Translations under genes and position numbers: made by a program
Source: Bispira polyomma
Lineage: Eukaryota
Assembly: GCA_965649765.1 (NCBI GenBank)
Contig: OZ287757.1
Span: 31,558,001-31,622,000, forward strand
Length of the DNA stretch: 64,000 nt
Reading direction: 5' to 3'
Notes under the pieces: generated by a model
What the model was told of the DNA's origin: nothing
Seen by the model: the letters and a program-made list of their open reading frames with translations, nothing else
The model's database searches: none
Part shown: positions 55,204 to 64,000 of the stretch, piece after piece
Position numbering within the stretch: the first letter of the stretch is position 1
Layout: every line of letters begins with the position of its first letter

Positions 55204-55347
55204 CCAATAAAGAAATTGTGGTGGGCTGACGCCCGTGCGACAGCCCCCCTCAGTTCTGGTGGCAGGTCACTGGGAGGCTAATTAAGCCACCTGGGGTCAC
55301 GGGGGCAAGTATAAAAGGGATTGCCGCCAACAGGCGCCATCATTAGT
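55204..55347 (+). promoter_or_regulatory. E3 internal Pol II promoter
   Basis: CCAAT at 55204, TATAAAA at 55310-55316, Inr-like TCATT about 30 nt downstream, in a GC-rich patch. Confidence 0.65.
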
Positions 55348-55450
55348 GAAAAACAGTTCTTAGATACAAGTGTTTTTACAATTGGGGTTTTTACTACCCA
55401 GGGCTTTTACTACCCAGATATTGTTTTACATTTTAGTTGAATGTGTAGTC

Positions 55451-56446
55451 ATGCCTAAGGAATACCCGTGTAGTGTATGTTCTGGTCGGCACGGACGTCC
55501 AGTTGGGAAGAAATGTAAATTTAATCCGTTGGACAGCGTCGCTGATGAGGTGGCTGCCGTTGATCCTGCTGTGCCTGCTGTTTCTGATTCCGTATCTAGT
55601 TTGATACTTCAACAACTGGTTGTAATGAATGAGAAGATGGACAGCATGGATCAACGAGTACAAGCTACTGAGGCGGCGCTGTGTAAACCCAGCGCCCAGG
55701 CATGTAACACAGTTTCTAAATCTGTATCTAATGTCCCTAGTGTTAGTGAACCAGTCATTGAGGCCGTTGTGCCCTCCCTAGATTACCTGCGTTCAAATTC
55801 CAGCTTACAAAGTCAGGTAGACCAGCGTTTGCTGCAACTGCAACAACTCCACGATTTAACGGGAGGTAAACTGAAATCCCAAAGAGGTGGCGCGGAAGCT
55901 CCCGTTAAACGTCATGTTGATTGGCCACAAAATTTTGTCTTGTCGGGTGTAAAAAAGGTTAGGCCCACTTACGATGACCTTACTTTGGTTCAGTTCGTTT
56001 CCGGCTTTGTTCGCTGTACGCAAGAGCAAAAAGACTCCTCGGTCCGCGAGGCTATGTTGGAATATCTGGCATGCCTGATGGATGACGCCCATGATTTTTC
56101 GTGGGACGCCGCCAAAGCCGCTCATGCCATTTTATTGACCAACATGGAAATGGACCGATTGAACTGGACAGATGTCGAAAAGGTCGACCGGATACGGCGC
56201 GCTCATGCACAGCGTCATGTAACGTCCTCAGCTAGTGGGTCTGGCCTTTCTAAAAGCAATATTGGCAGTAGGGGTAAAACCTCGGTGAAAACAGTGGGAG
56301 TAAACTGTCGATTCTTTCAGGAAGGCACGTGCAAATTTGATGCCAGCCATCGCACTTCTGGACAGTGGTTCAAACACTGCTGTGAGAGCTGTGGTGGCCC
56401 GCATCAAACCAAATTGTGCTTCAAAAAATCGGCCGCAAAAAACTAA
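55451..56446 (+). CDS. E3 gag-like protein
   Basis: ATG 55451 MPKEYPCSVCSGRHGRPVGKKC, coiled coil, WPQ..YDDL, C-terminal CRFFQ..C..H..HCCESC..H..C fingers. Confidence 0.9.
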   Translation: MPKEYPCSVCSGRHGRPVGKKCKFNPLDSVADEVAAVDPAVPAVSDSVSSLILQQLVVMNEKMDSMDQRVQATEAALCKPSAQACNTVSKSVSNVPSVSEPVIEAVVPSLDYLRSNSSLQSQVDQRLLQLQQLHDLTGGKLKSQRGGAEAPVKRHVDWPQNFVLSGVKKVRPTYDDLTLVQFVSGFVRCTQEQKDSSVREAMLEYLACLMDDAHDFSWDAAKAAHAILLTNMEMDRLNWTDVEKVDRIRRAHAQRHVTSSASGSGLSKSNIGSRGKTSVKTVGVNCRFFQEGTCKFDASHRTSGQWFKHCCESCGGPHQTKLCFKKSAAKN

Positions 56447-56471
56447 GGGGCCACTGCAGTAGTGCAGTGGC
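56437..56471 (+). promoter_or_regulatory. -1 programmed ribosomal frameshift signal
   Basis: A AAA AAC heptamer in the gag frame, 6-nt spacer, perfect 9-bp hairpin gccactgca-gtag-tgcagtggc. pol is in the -1 frame. Confidence 0.85.
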
Positions 56472-59022
56472 TGCTAAGAAACTTGTACGTGAAACCTGCT
56501 CCAGAGTTGTATATAATTCTACTTTTAGGGATTTTAAACTGTTTGATCATGTGTGTTGTAAAGATAATATGTATACTGGACCCCGACTTAACAGGTCATA
56601 CCGGGACGTGTTGCAACAGGGCCTTGTGGTTCCTGGTATCGAGATTGGTGAAAACCGGGAAATGGGGACAGTTAACCCTATGTCTGTTAATAGAGCCCCA
56701 CAAGGTAGTGTGTTCCATAATACCGCATTACACAAGTTGTCGGGAGGGAGGCATTCACCCGTGGAAGTGTTAAACACACCAGCTGACAGGCGACGTGAGA
56801 AAACAATTCACCAAAAGGTGTTAAGAAAAACACCTTTGGGTGGTGTGAAAACTTCTGTGAATAGGCGGCTCGGTAACCATGCAAACCGGGTGTTACAAAA
56901 TCAACCAATTGTGTCCAAAACAATTAAACTAAGTGATGGCCAAGGCGGGCCTAGACGGCTGGGTTCTCTGAGTGTGAAAACAATTGGCGCGGGTACCACT
57001 TCAAGTAATGCTAACAATAGTGGGTTTCGCCTTCCCCTGCATAACCGGTTTAGTGGCCTAGACATTCCTGATGTAGAATTTCCTGAATCTGTTGACACGT
57101 TCGGTAAGGTCGATTTCACACCTATTCCACTTCCTGACTCGAGTGACACGTTGGGTAGGGTCGATTGCACACCTATTCCACCACCTGACAAGAGATCTAA
57201 CCCGTGTGATGACAAGTATGTACTGGACCTCTCAGGAGGCCTTGATAAGAGACAGCGCTTAAATGCAGCTAAAGATAATGTGACCTACAAGTTGTGGGAT
57301 ATACAGAATAGTGGGAAGTATGGGTTCATACCAACTAGTTCCTGGGGTAACCCAGTGATTGATAGCTCCAATAACCAATTGATCACAGATGTGTTTACAC
57401 TACATAAGGCCCTTAAATTGGATGGGAGACCAAATTATAAGGGTTTACAAGTCCCCATACATACCCAACTGACGGTCCCTGCCTGGGATAAGTATTTAGC
57501 GAATTATTGGGATTGGGAACTCCCCTTACTGATAAAATTCGGATTTCCTCTTGACTGTAATGAAGAACATGACTTCAAGTCTGACTTGAACAATCATGCT
57601 TCAGCCAAGCAATATCCTGAGCATGTGAATCATTACCTGAAAGAAGAATGTTCTATGGGTGCTATGTATGGACCTTTCGTCCATCCCCCAATTGATGATG
57701 TGCACACATCTCCATTTATGACTAGAGACAAATCAAGCTCGGTTAACCGACGAGTCATAATAGATCTGAGTTGGCCCATCGGTCATTCGGTTAATGCAGC
57801 TGTGTCATCAAATTCGTATTTGGGCAAGGAATTTGTACTTACTTACCCTTCTATAGATGACATAACCCAACAAGTGTTGCAAAACGGTAGGGGCTCCTTG
57901 CTATTTAAAGCGGATATTAGTCGCGCATTCCGTCATGTGACCATAGACCCCAGAGACATCAATCGTCTGGGCTTATACTGGGACGGCTACTATCTCGACG
58001 GCTCGTTGCCCTTTGGCTACCGACACGGTTCAGTGATTTTTCAGAGAATTTCTGACAGTATAAGGTATATCATGGAAGGTGAAGGTCATAAAATCACCAA
58101 CTATATCGACGATCTCTTATGTTCTTCTGTTCCCTCAAAAATCTATGAAACGTACCACCGACTGCAGGCCCTTTTGGCCGAGTTGGGTTTGACTCTTAGC
58201 AAGAAGAAGCTGGTTCCTCCAGCCACCCGGGTAACCTGCCTAGGCATAGTTATAGATACAGTTCGGTTCACTACATCCATACCAGAGGACAAACTAGCTC
58301 AGGTTCAAAAAATATGTGCCAATTGGAGTGATAAAAAGCAGTGTACTAAGCGGGAGCTCCAATGTTTATTGGGTTCTTTGCTGTATATTTCCAAATGCGT
58401 GAAGTACTCACGATTTTTTTTGAATCGGATGTTGCAACTCCTCCGAAGCAATCACCACAAAACAAGTATCAAAATTAACCCTGACTTCAAAAAGGACCTT
58501 AACTGGTTCATTCAGTTTCTCCATACGTACAATGGGGTGACATTTTTTCATCATGCCCCCATCACTGACATTGTAGAGTTGGATGCCTGCCTAACAGGCA
58601 TGGGAGGAGTGTATGGCAAACAAGTATATTACCTTCCCATTCCTGCTGCTATGCACAAACATAATATTGCTTCATTGGAGATGCTCAACATTCATGTGGC
58701 TTTGAAGTTGTGGGGCAAATACTGGCAGGGACGTAGACTGTTAATTAAATGTGATAACCAGGCTGTTGTGAGTGTCCTTACGCATGGTAGAACTAGAGAT
58801 AGCGAATTAGCCCTGTACTCGCGGAACATATTCATGCTGGCTAGCCAGCTCGATGTAGACATACAGGTCGTCCATATTCTAGGAAATAACAATACCACCG
58901 CTGACCTCTTGTCTCGTTGGACAAATTCAAGTAAGGATAATGTTCTCTTACAGGAGCTGGTGGCCGATGTCCAATGGTGTGCCGTGACAGAGGACCACTT
59001 ACTGCTCAATCACCACATTTAG
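56437..59022 (+). CDS. E3 pol: reverse transcriptase + RNase H (entered by frameshift)
   Basis: RVIIDLSWP, KADISRAFR, LPFG, YIDD, LDAC..GMGG, E, DN, ADLLSRW. Uninterrupted frame. Confidence 0.95.
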   Translation, partial: KKLRGHCSSAVAAKKLVRETCSRVVYNSTFRDFKLFDHVCCKDNMYTGPRLNRSYRDVLQQGLVVPGIEIGENREMGTVNPMSVNRAPQGSVFHNTALHKLSGGRHSPVEVLNTPADRRREKTIHQKVLRKTPLGGVKTSVNRRLGNHANRVLQNQPIVSKTIKLSDGQGGPRRLGSLSVKTIGAGTTSSNANNSGFRLPLHNRFSGLDIPDVEFPESVDTFGKVDFTPIPLPDSSDTLGRVDCTPIPPPDKRSNPCDDKYVLDLSGGLDKRQRLNAAKDNVTYKLWDIQNSGKYGFIPTSSWGNPVIDSSNNQLITDVFTLHKALKLDGRPNYKGLQVPIHTQLTVPAWDKYLANYWDWELPLLIKFGFPLDCNEEHDFKSDLNNHASAKQYPEHVNHYLKEECSMGAMYGPFVHPPIDDVHTSPFMTRDKSSSVNRRVIIDLSWPIGHSVNAAVSSNSYLGKEFVLTYPSIDDITQQVLQNGRGSLLFKADISRAFRHVTIDPRDINRLGLYWDGYYLDGSLPFGYRHGSVIFQRISDSIRYIMEGEGHKITNYIDDLLCSSVPSKIYETYHRLQALLAELGLTLSKKKLVPPATRVTCLGIVIDTVRFTTSIPEDKLAQVQKICANWSDKKQCTKRELQCLLGSLLYISKCVKYSRFFLNRMLQLLRSNHHKTSIKINPDFKKDLNWFIQFLHTYNGVTFFHHAPITDIVELDACLTGMGGVYGKQVYYLPIPAAMHKHNIASLEMLNIHVALKLWGKYWQGRRLLIKCDNQAVVSVLTHGRTRDSELALYSRNIFMLASQLDVDIQVVHILGNNNTTADLLSRWTNSSKDNVLLQELVADVQWCAVTEDHLLLNHHI

Positions 59023-59101
59023 ATATTCCTTGTCCGGTTGCATGCTATTATGTTCTTCAGCCTTTACAAATGTTACTTTGTCTGCTTGTGTTGTGTTATA
59101 G

Positions 59102-60090
59102 CTAGAACTCCCCTGCAGCAGTTATTATATCAAAATGCAACGAAGAAGCTTCACTTGGCCTTCTGCAGGTCCACAGACAGATCTTATACTGCGATGTATA
59201 GGGTGTACCAAGCTTATGCATCCTTCTCGGATCTGCCTTGTGACCAGGTGACAGCTATTGATCTTCTTGCTTTTTTAGAATTTTTACACTTTAACTCTGT
59301 AAAACCTGCCCATATGGCTAATTATTTATCTGCTATTAAAGCTAAGAGTATTGTATACAATGTGCCCATTCTTGCCTTCAGTGACCCTCGCTTGGCTTAC
59401 TATCAAAAGTCTGTCCAATTGGCTGCCCCCTTAAATGTTCAGCTCAAAAAGATTATAGACATACCTCTTCTGACGAGTATTGTCAATGTCTCCAACACCA
59501 CTTACATGGGTCCTATCTTTACAGCTGTGTATTTGGTCAGCTACTTTTCCTTCCTCAGGTTATCTAATTTAGTACCCCATTCCTGTCTTCAGTTTTCTGC
59601 TTTGAGACATCTATCCAGGGCTGATGTCATGTTTCACAGGGACAAAGCTGTCCTTTTGGTAAAATGGTCCAAAACGATGCAGAGCAATAATCAGATTAGA
59701 CTTATTACTATCCCACGCTTGCTGGGTTCTCCTCTTTGCCCTGTGGGGTCACTGCAGGCAATTATGGCTCTTACTCCGTCTGAACCTAATTCACCCTTAT
59801 TTCAATTGAAAGACAAATCTCACTGGGTTCCGCTTACTGACACCCGTGTCCGCAGGCATTTCAAAACGATACTTGCCAGGCTCCAGTTGCAGGATTCTGG
59901 CCTCACACTGCACGCTTTCCGACGTTCGGGTGCCACTTTTGCCTTTAACCATAACGTCAGCATTCAGAACATCCAAAAACATGGCACTTGGACGTCGGAT
60001 TGCGTGTGGAGGTATGTTACCGACTCAGTGGATGCGGGACAGCAGGTATCGGACACATTTCGCCTTCATCTTGCTACTTCTTCTTCCTAG
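59102..60090 (+). CDS. E3 tyrosine recombinase (start at the predicted splice acceptor)
   Basis: FLRLSNL, KWSKT, HAFRRSGA, HGTW, WRY. Confidence 0.93.
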
Positions 60091-60404
60091 TTCCTACGTG
60101 CTGGGTTTGGGTGTTTCTACTCAAAATTTAGTCTATATTTCATATTCTAGATAATTATGTAATTTTTGCTTTACATGTAGTCACATGCTAGTCATGTATA
60201 GTGTCATATAGAATTTAAATTACTATTTCACTTGCTACTCATTTCATGTTACAACTATAAAGTTAACTTCACAGAGTAGTATTTTATTTCCTAGTAATTG
60301 TATGCTACAACTAGTAATTCAACTTCATGAAATAACTGTTTCATTAAAAGGTAATACAATCTGTAATTAACTGAAAAATTACAACTTAACTCTTCTTCTA
60401 TACA

Positions 60405-60675
60405 TTTTAGGGTCACCTCAATTTGTAATTCCCTTATGGGTTAAAAATTTAGTATACTAACCTGTATTTAAGGTGATCTTTAGCCCCCCTTTTGTAGTAT
60501 AAAATTTAAGATCATCTCCTTTTTAAGTACCCTACGGGCTTTGTCATTTCACTTATTTAAACTGTCTTGGGGTGACCTTATCTTGTTCTTTGAGGTTATG
60601 TAAAATATTTTATTACTTTCACTCAAATTAGTATGACTTAAAGTTACAAATTACCGTGACCTTAAGTCACGTTGT
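60405..60675 (+). ncRNA. Predicted structured RNA domain in the E3 3' UTR
   Basis: 14-bp and 10-bp helices complete with G-U pairs, plus hairpin cgtgac-cttaa-gtcacg. Confidence 0.55.
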
Positions 60676-60700
60676 ATATAGTAGTTTAACATAGACTAAC

Positions 60701-60706
60701 AATAAA
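60701..60706 (+). terminator. E3 poly(A) signal
   Basis: AATAAA followed by a pyrimidine-rich tract, 70 nt before the element end. E1, E2 and E4 have equivalents. Confidence 0.6.
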
Positions 60707-61532
60707 ATATTTTACCGCATTCTGCTTACTTACTATCTTGCTTTCTTGACCTCTGACCCTTTGGCCTGTCACGCGGGAAATGAGACTACTACGGATAAGC
60801 ATAATTCAGTTTTGCAGCTGTCAGATCTATAGATGTGTATTACTGTTATCCTATATCCAGAGCCCCCACTAATGGATCTGTCTAGATGGTTGTATCACTC
60901 TGTCATAGTGTCTTAGACGAAGTAATGTACTTGATATGACTTATTTTTAATCACACTACATGATTACCATGAAATACAGATCAGGTCCTGTACCTAGCAT
61001 ATTGATCATGGATATGGCCTACTTGTTCTGATTCACATATATTTTAATCATTGTATTGCTGTATTTAATATATATAAATGTTCAAATTCTTACTTGACAG
61101 CCCAGTCAATCAGCAAGTGATACTAAAGAGGATATTTATAACCACAAGGTAATTGTGACTGACATACAATCATGAGAAATCAGTTTTGGCACAAAACATA
61201 CTTACTTCAAAAAACTAATATTTTCTAAACATCAGTTACCCTAAACCATTCTTAGCCAGCTAATAGCATACTTAATATGGCCCTAATATGGAGTCAATGT
61301 AAACTGTTATTTCGTTATGTCATTTATTCTCTGGAAAATTAGTCAAATCTGGAAGAGAGTAAGGAGTGATGTGAAAAGAGCAACACTTACAAACTAAATT
61401 AGTAACTCAATTGGGTGCCACAGTGCCCTTGCGTGACCTTGGAGATTTATTGGAAACACAATGGCAAGAATTCTACTTGGGACAGTTAATTTATTCTTCT
61501 TTGGTCAGCTCTACGATATTTACAAACTTAGA

Positions 61533-61834
61533 AGACTAAGGCCACCTTTACATGAGGGTGAACTTAAATTTAAGTATCACCATCAATTTAGTTGCAGTTT
61601 TAATGTTACCAGAATTGAGTATACGAAACTCAAAAGTTTAAGGTCTTAACTTAGATGCCTTGAGAGTAAGGGGCAACCTTAAAGTCATTTTACTTTAATT
61701 TAAGGTTGCCTTAAACCGAGTATGATAATTTAGAGGAAGGTCATCTTAGTTAGGATGCGGTTTATATATGAGGTAACCTTAATCAGATGTTATTTATGGA
61801 AGTAAGTTTTGTGAAGTAAAGGTGGCCTCAGCCT
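61533..61834 (-). ncRNA. Predicted multibranch structured RNA in the E4 3' UTR
   Basis: 19-bp closing helix enclosing about five hairpins. Confidence 0.6.
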
Positions 61835-61898
61835 GAGATAACATTATTTTTCTATGCAAATATGTGTATTAGTGATAAAATGTAACCCAAAGGCCCAA

Positions 61899-62830
61899 TT
61901 AGGAGGTCGGATTTGAAAGTAAAGCTTGGAAACTATTGCCACTTGGTCTGAAGCCTGGTGGTCCCTGGTAACGTGCTTCCATACAAAATCGGAAATCCAG
62001 GTTTCATAGCTTTCGATATCTTAGAGGGGAACATGATTATTAAACGCGAGGGTCGCTCCTGCGCACCTAAAATCGTGGAAAGCAATAGGTGAGTCAGTTA
62101 AGTTTAGTCAGCTAAAATTTGCTTTAAGTTTGTTCTTATTTTGGAATCCCTTAAAGGGACCCAGCATGTGGAGTTTTATATTGAAATAGTAGTTAGTTTT
62201 TGGAACCAGGGGTTATGGAAAGCAGGTTTCTCATTGCTGTAACTGGACAAAGGTGGAATTGTGAATTATTGGTATTTGTAATATCCTTATAGCGTTCTGT
62301 TATGGAGAGTTTTAGTCCATTTAATAATAATATGTGAGCCAGGCGGCTAGAAAATTACATCAGCCCTTGCCAGTTGTTCTAGCGGAGAGTAACTATTAAC
62401 ATAGTGAGGGACCAAGCTGGAAATTCACAGAAACGAGAAAAAGGCTAACAGATATGAAGCTTTGAAAATTTGGCCCATGAACATTGAATCACAGATTTGG
62501 ATTTTTTTTGTGAGCAAGTCTATGTCTATTTCTCTATTAATCTTAGCTCTGCAATGTAAGGGCCCTTGGAAATATTTTATTTTTGAATCAGTAAATGCTG
62601 ATGTGTCAAGGCCATATAAGCTCATTTTAGCTTTGATTGCTGCTAGATAGTTAGCTATTGATGGTTGCGAAACTTTGTTGGCCACCAGCACCTGAGGAAG
62701 GATAACAGTAATACAGGGCAAGTCTGAAGTCTACTAACATTTACAAATGCACAAAAGGCAAGGTACAGCCTGAACATTTTTTGGTAAGCATTTTGTGTGG
62801 CGGGCCTGAAAACATAATGGACTGTATGAG
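61899..62830 (-). pseudogene. E4 tyrosine recombinase, disrupted
   Basis: FRPATQNAYQKMFRLYLAF, NYLAAIKAK, YLLAFFSFL*, KWTKT, WKHVT. Confidence 0.85.
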
Positions 62831-62870
62831 CTGCTTAGCCAGCTTAAGACAGCACCATAAAAGCGAGATC

Positions 62871-64000
62871 TCAAATATATTTAAATACTTTAATCAATTT
62901 CTTCAGTTCTTCTGCTACAATATGCCACTCAGGCACTGCAATTAATTCTGTAAGCTTAATATCAGGTTGGTGTGTGTTATCCCATCTATTGAGTAAATCC
63001 GCCACGTTATTTAGTTTACCCAATATATGAACCAGTCTGATATTGATGTCAGCCTTAGCTACCTCCATATAGATATTTCTAGCTATGGCGGTGAGAGTAA
63101 GATCTCTTCTTCCTGAATTTAAGATGGCGACAACAACCTGGTTGTCACAGTGGATTACCATTTTTTTTATCCTGCCAGAGTCGATGCCAGAGCCTCAGTG
63201 CTACCAGTATATTTAGCATTTCTATGTGCACTATTGTTAAACCCTTATAACCTTGTGGCAGCTTGGTTTTATAGAATATGTTATTGCAACGTCCTCCCAG
63301 GCCCATGAGACTGGCATCCAGTTCTATTTCGTCTGTAACTAGGCTATGGTAAAAAAAGGCACTGCCATTAAATTTCTTGACAAATTTCACGAAGCAATTG
63401 AGGTATTGTGCAAATGGTAGTTTTAACTTTATATTTTTGTTTTCCCCAGTATTTTGGAGCATGTCAAGCATTATATCAAGAATAACTCTAGGTACTCGCA
63501 CACATTTTGAGATATACAGCAACGAGCCGAGCAGAGATTGCAACTCACGCTTTGTGCAGGTGGTTCTGTTCACCCAACTGTTACAAAGGTCCACTATTTG
63601 GTTTAGTTTTTCCGGCGGAATCTCAACTGTGAACAGTTACGTGTCTATAAGAATGCCCAAGCATGTTACTCTAATACTAGGTGAAACAAGTTTTTTCACA
63701 CTAATGGCAAAGCCTAGGTCTTGTAATAGTGAGATTTAAGCCTTATGTATTTTTCTGACGTCACCGTACCCGATGACGTCATCAACTATATTGATGACGT
63801 CATAACCGCACATACTCATGACATAATGTATGACATCACTTAATCTTTGAAAAATGGCGCTTCCGTGGTGGAAACCAAATGGGAGGCATGTATAGACGTA
63901 ATATTTGTCTAGCTTAAGGCCAAGCAGGTCGTATTCGCCAAGGTCTAGCTTTATGTGCCTAAAGGCGCAGCTGATGTCCACTTTATAGATAAGTGAACTT
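62871..64000 (-). pseudogene. E4 pol (RT/RNase H), frameshifted, partial
   Basis: ORF pieces 63736-63981, 63145-63594 and 62871-63161 align in order to E3 pol. Confidence 0.88.

Larger units (their letters stand above)
55188..60776 (+). mobile_element. YR retrotransposon E3 (Ngaro-like), coding-intact
   Basis: Three open ORFs and no methyltransferase. Bounded by GAA at 55185-55187 and 60777-60779; the empty site aaaGAAatgaagactac is at ~33712 and ~43641. Confidence 0.96.
48795..61413. repeat. Macro-repeat block Q, copy 3 (interrupted by L2 and E3; ends at E4)
   Basis: Collinear with Q copies 1 and 2 on both sides of the insertions. Confidence 0.85.
61414..64000 (-). mobile_element. YR retrotransposon E4 (Ngaro-like, closer to E3), decayed, runs off the window
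   Basis: RT (LPFGFHHGSAIFQRLSD), RNase H (LDAS, DN, VADLL) and YR remnants. Host repeat ends at aactcaattg 61413. Confidence 0.9.

Noticed and set aside
55188-55260. DIRS1-type inverted terminal repeats in E3
   Set aside because: Only a 9/12 match (cgtgcgacagcc versus the reverse complement of the 3' end); not significant.
55370-55450. Upstream GTG/TTG starts for E3 gag, pol (56416) and YR (59038)
   Set aside because: ORF-caller artefacts of a prokaryotic start rule; ATG 55451, the frameshift and the splice explain the frames.
61533-61834. CRISPR array
   Set aside because: Repeats are ~11-bp degenerate palindromes at irregular spacing, in a eukaryotic context with no cas genes.

Overview
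AT-rich eukaryotic DNA, probably from an invertebrate metazoan (inferred from L2 LINEs, tRNA-derived SINEs and Ngaro-type elements). No host gene could be supported. The backbone is an old, diverged macro-tandem array: two copies of a ~9 kb block P (270-9235; 10497-23890) and three copies of a ~9.5-10 kb block Q (23890-61413), Q itself apparently a dimer of ~4-5.5 kb monomers. Four tyrosine-recombinase (YR) retrotransposons of the Ngaro/DIRS order are inserted in it: E1 15415-20534 (+, decayed), E2 25820-31632 (+, partly decayed), E3 55188-60776 (+, all ORFs open) and E4 61414->64000 (-, decayed). There is also a 5'-inverted L2 LINE and many L2/SINE fragments. Sister repeat copies give empty sites, so element ends can be read directly. 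The main observations concern the YR elements: (i) a conserved phase-1 splice predicted to fuse the Gag N-terminus to the recombinase; (ii) a -1 frameshift signal in E3 versus apparent UAG readthrough in E1/E2; (iii) a 3' noncoding domain of AAGGTNACCTT-like palindromes whose helices pair fully, via G-U, only in the sense RNA; (iv) full-length copies with no terminal repeats; (v) an unassigned domain between Gag and RT. All alignments and folds were done by eye, so repeat-block boundaries are approximate.
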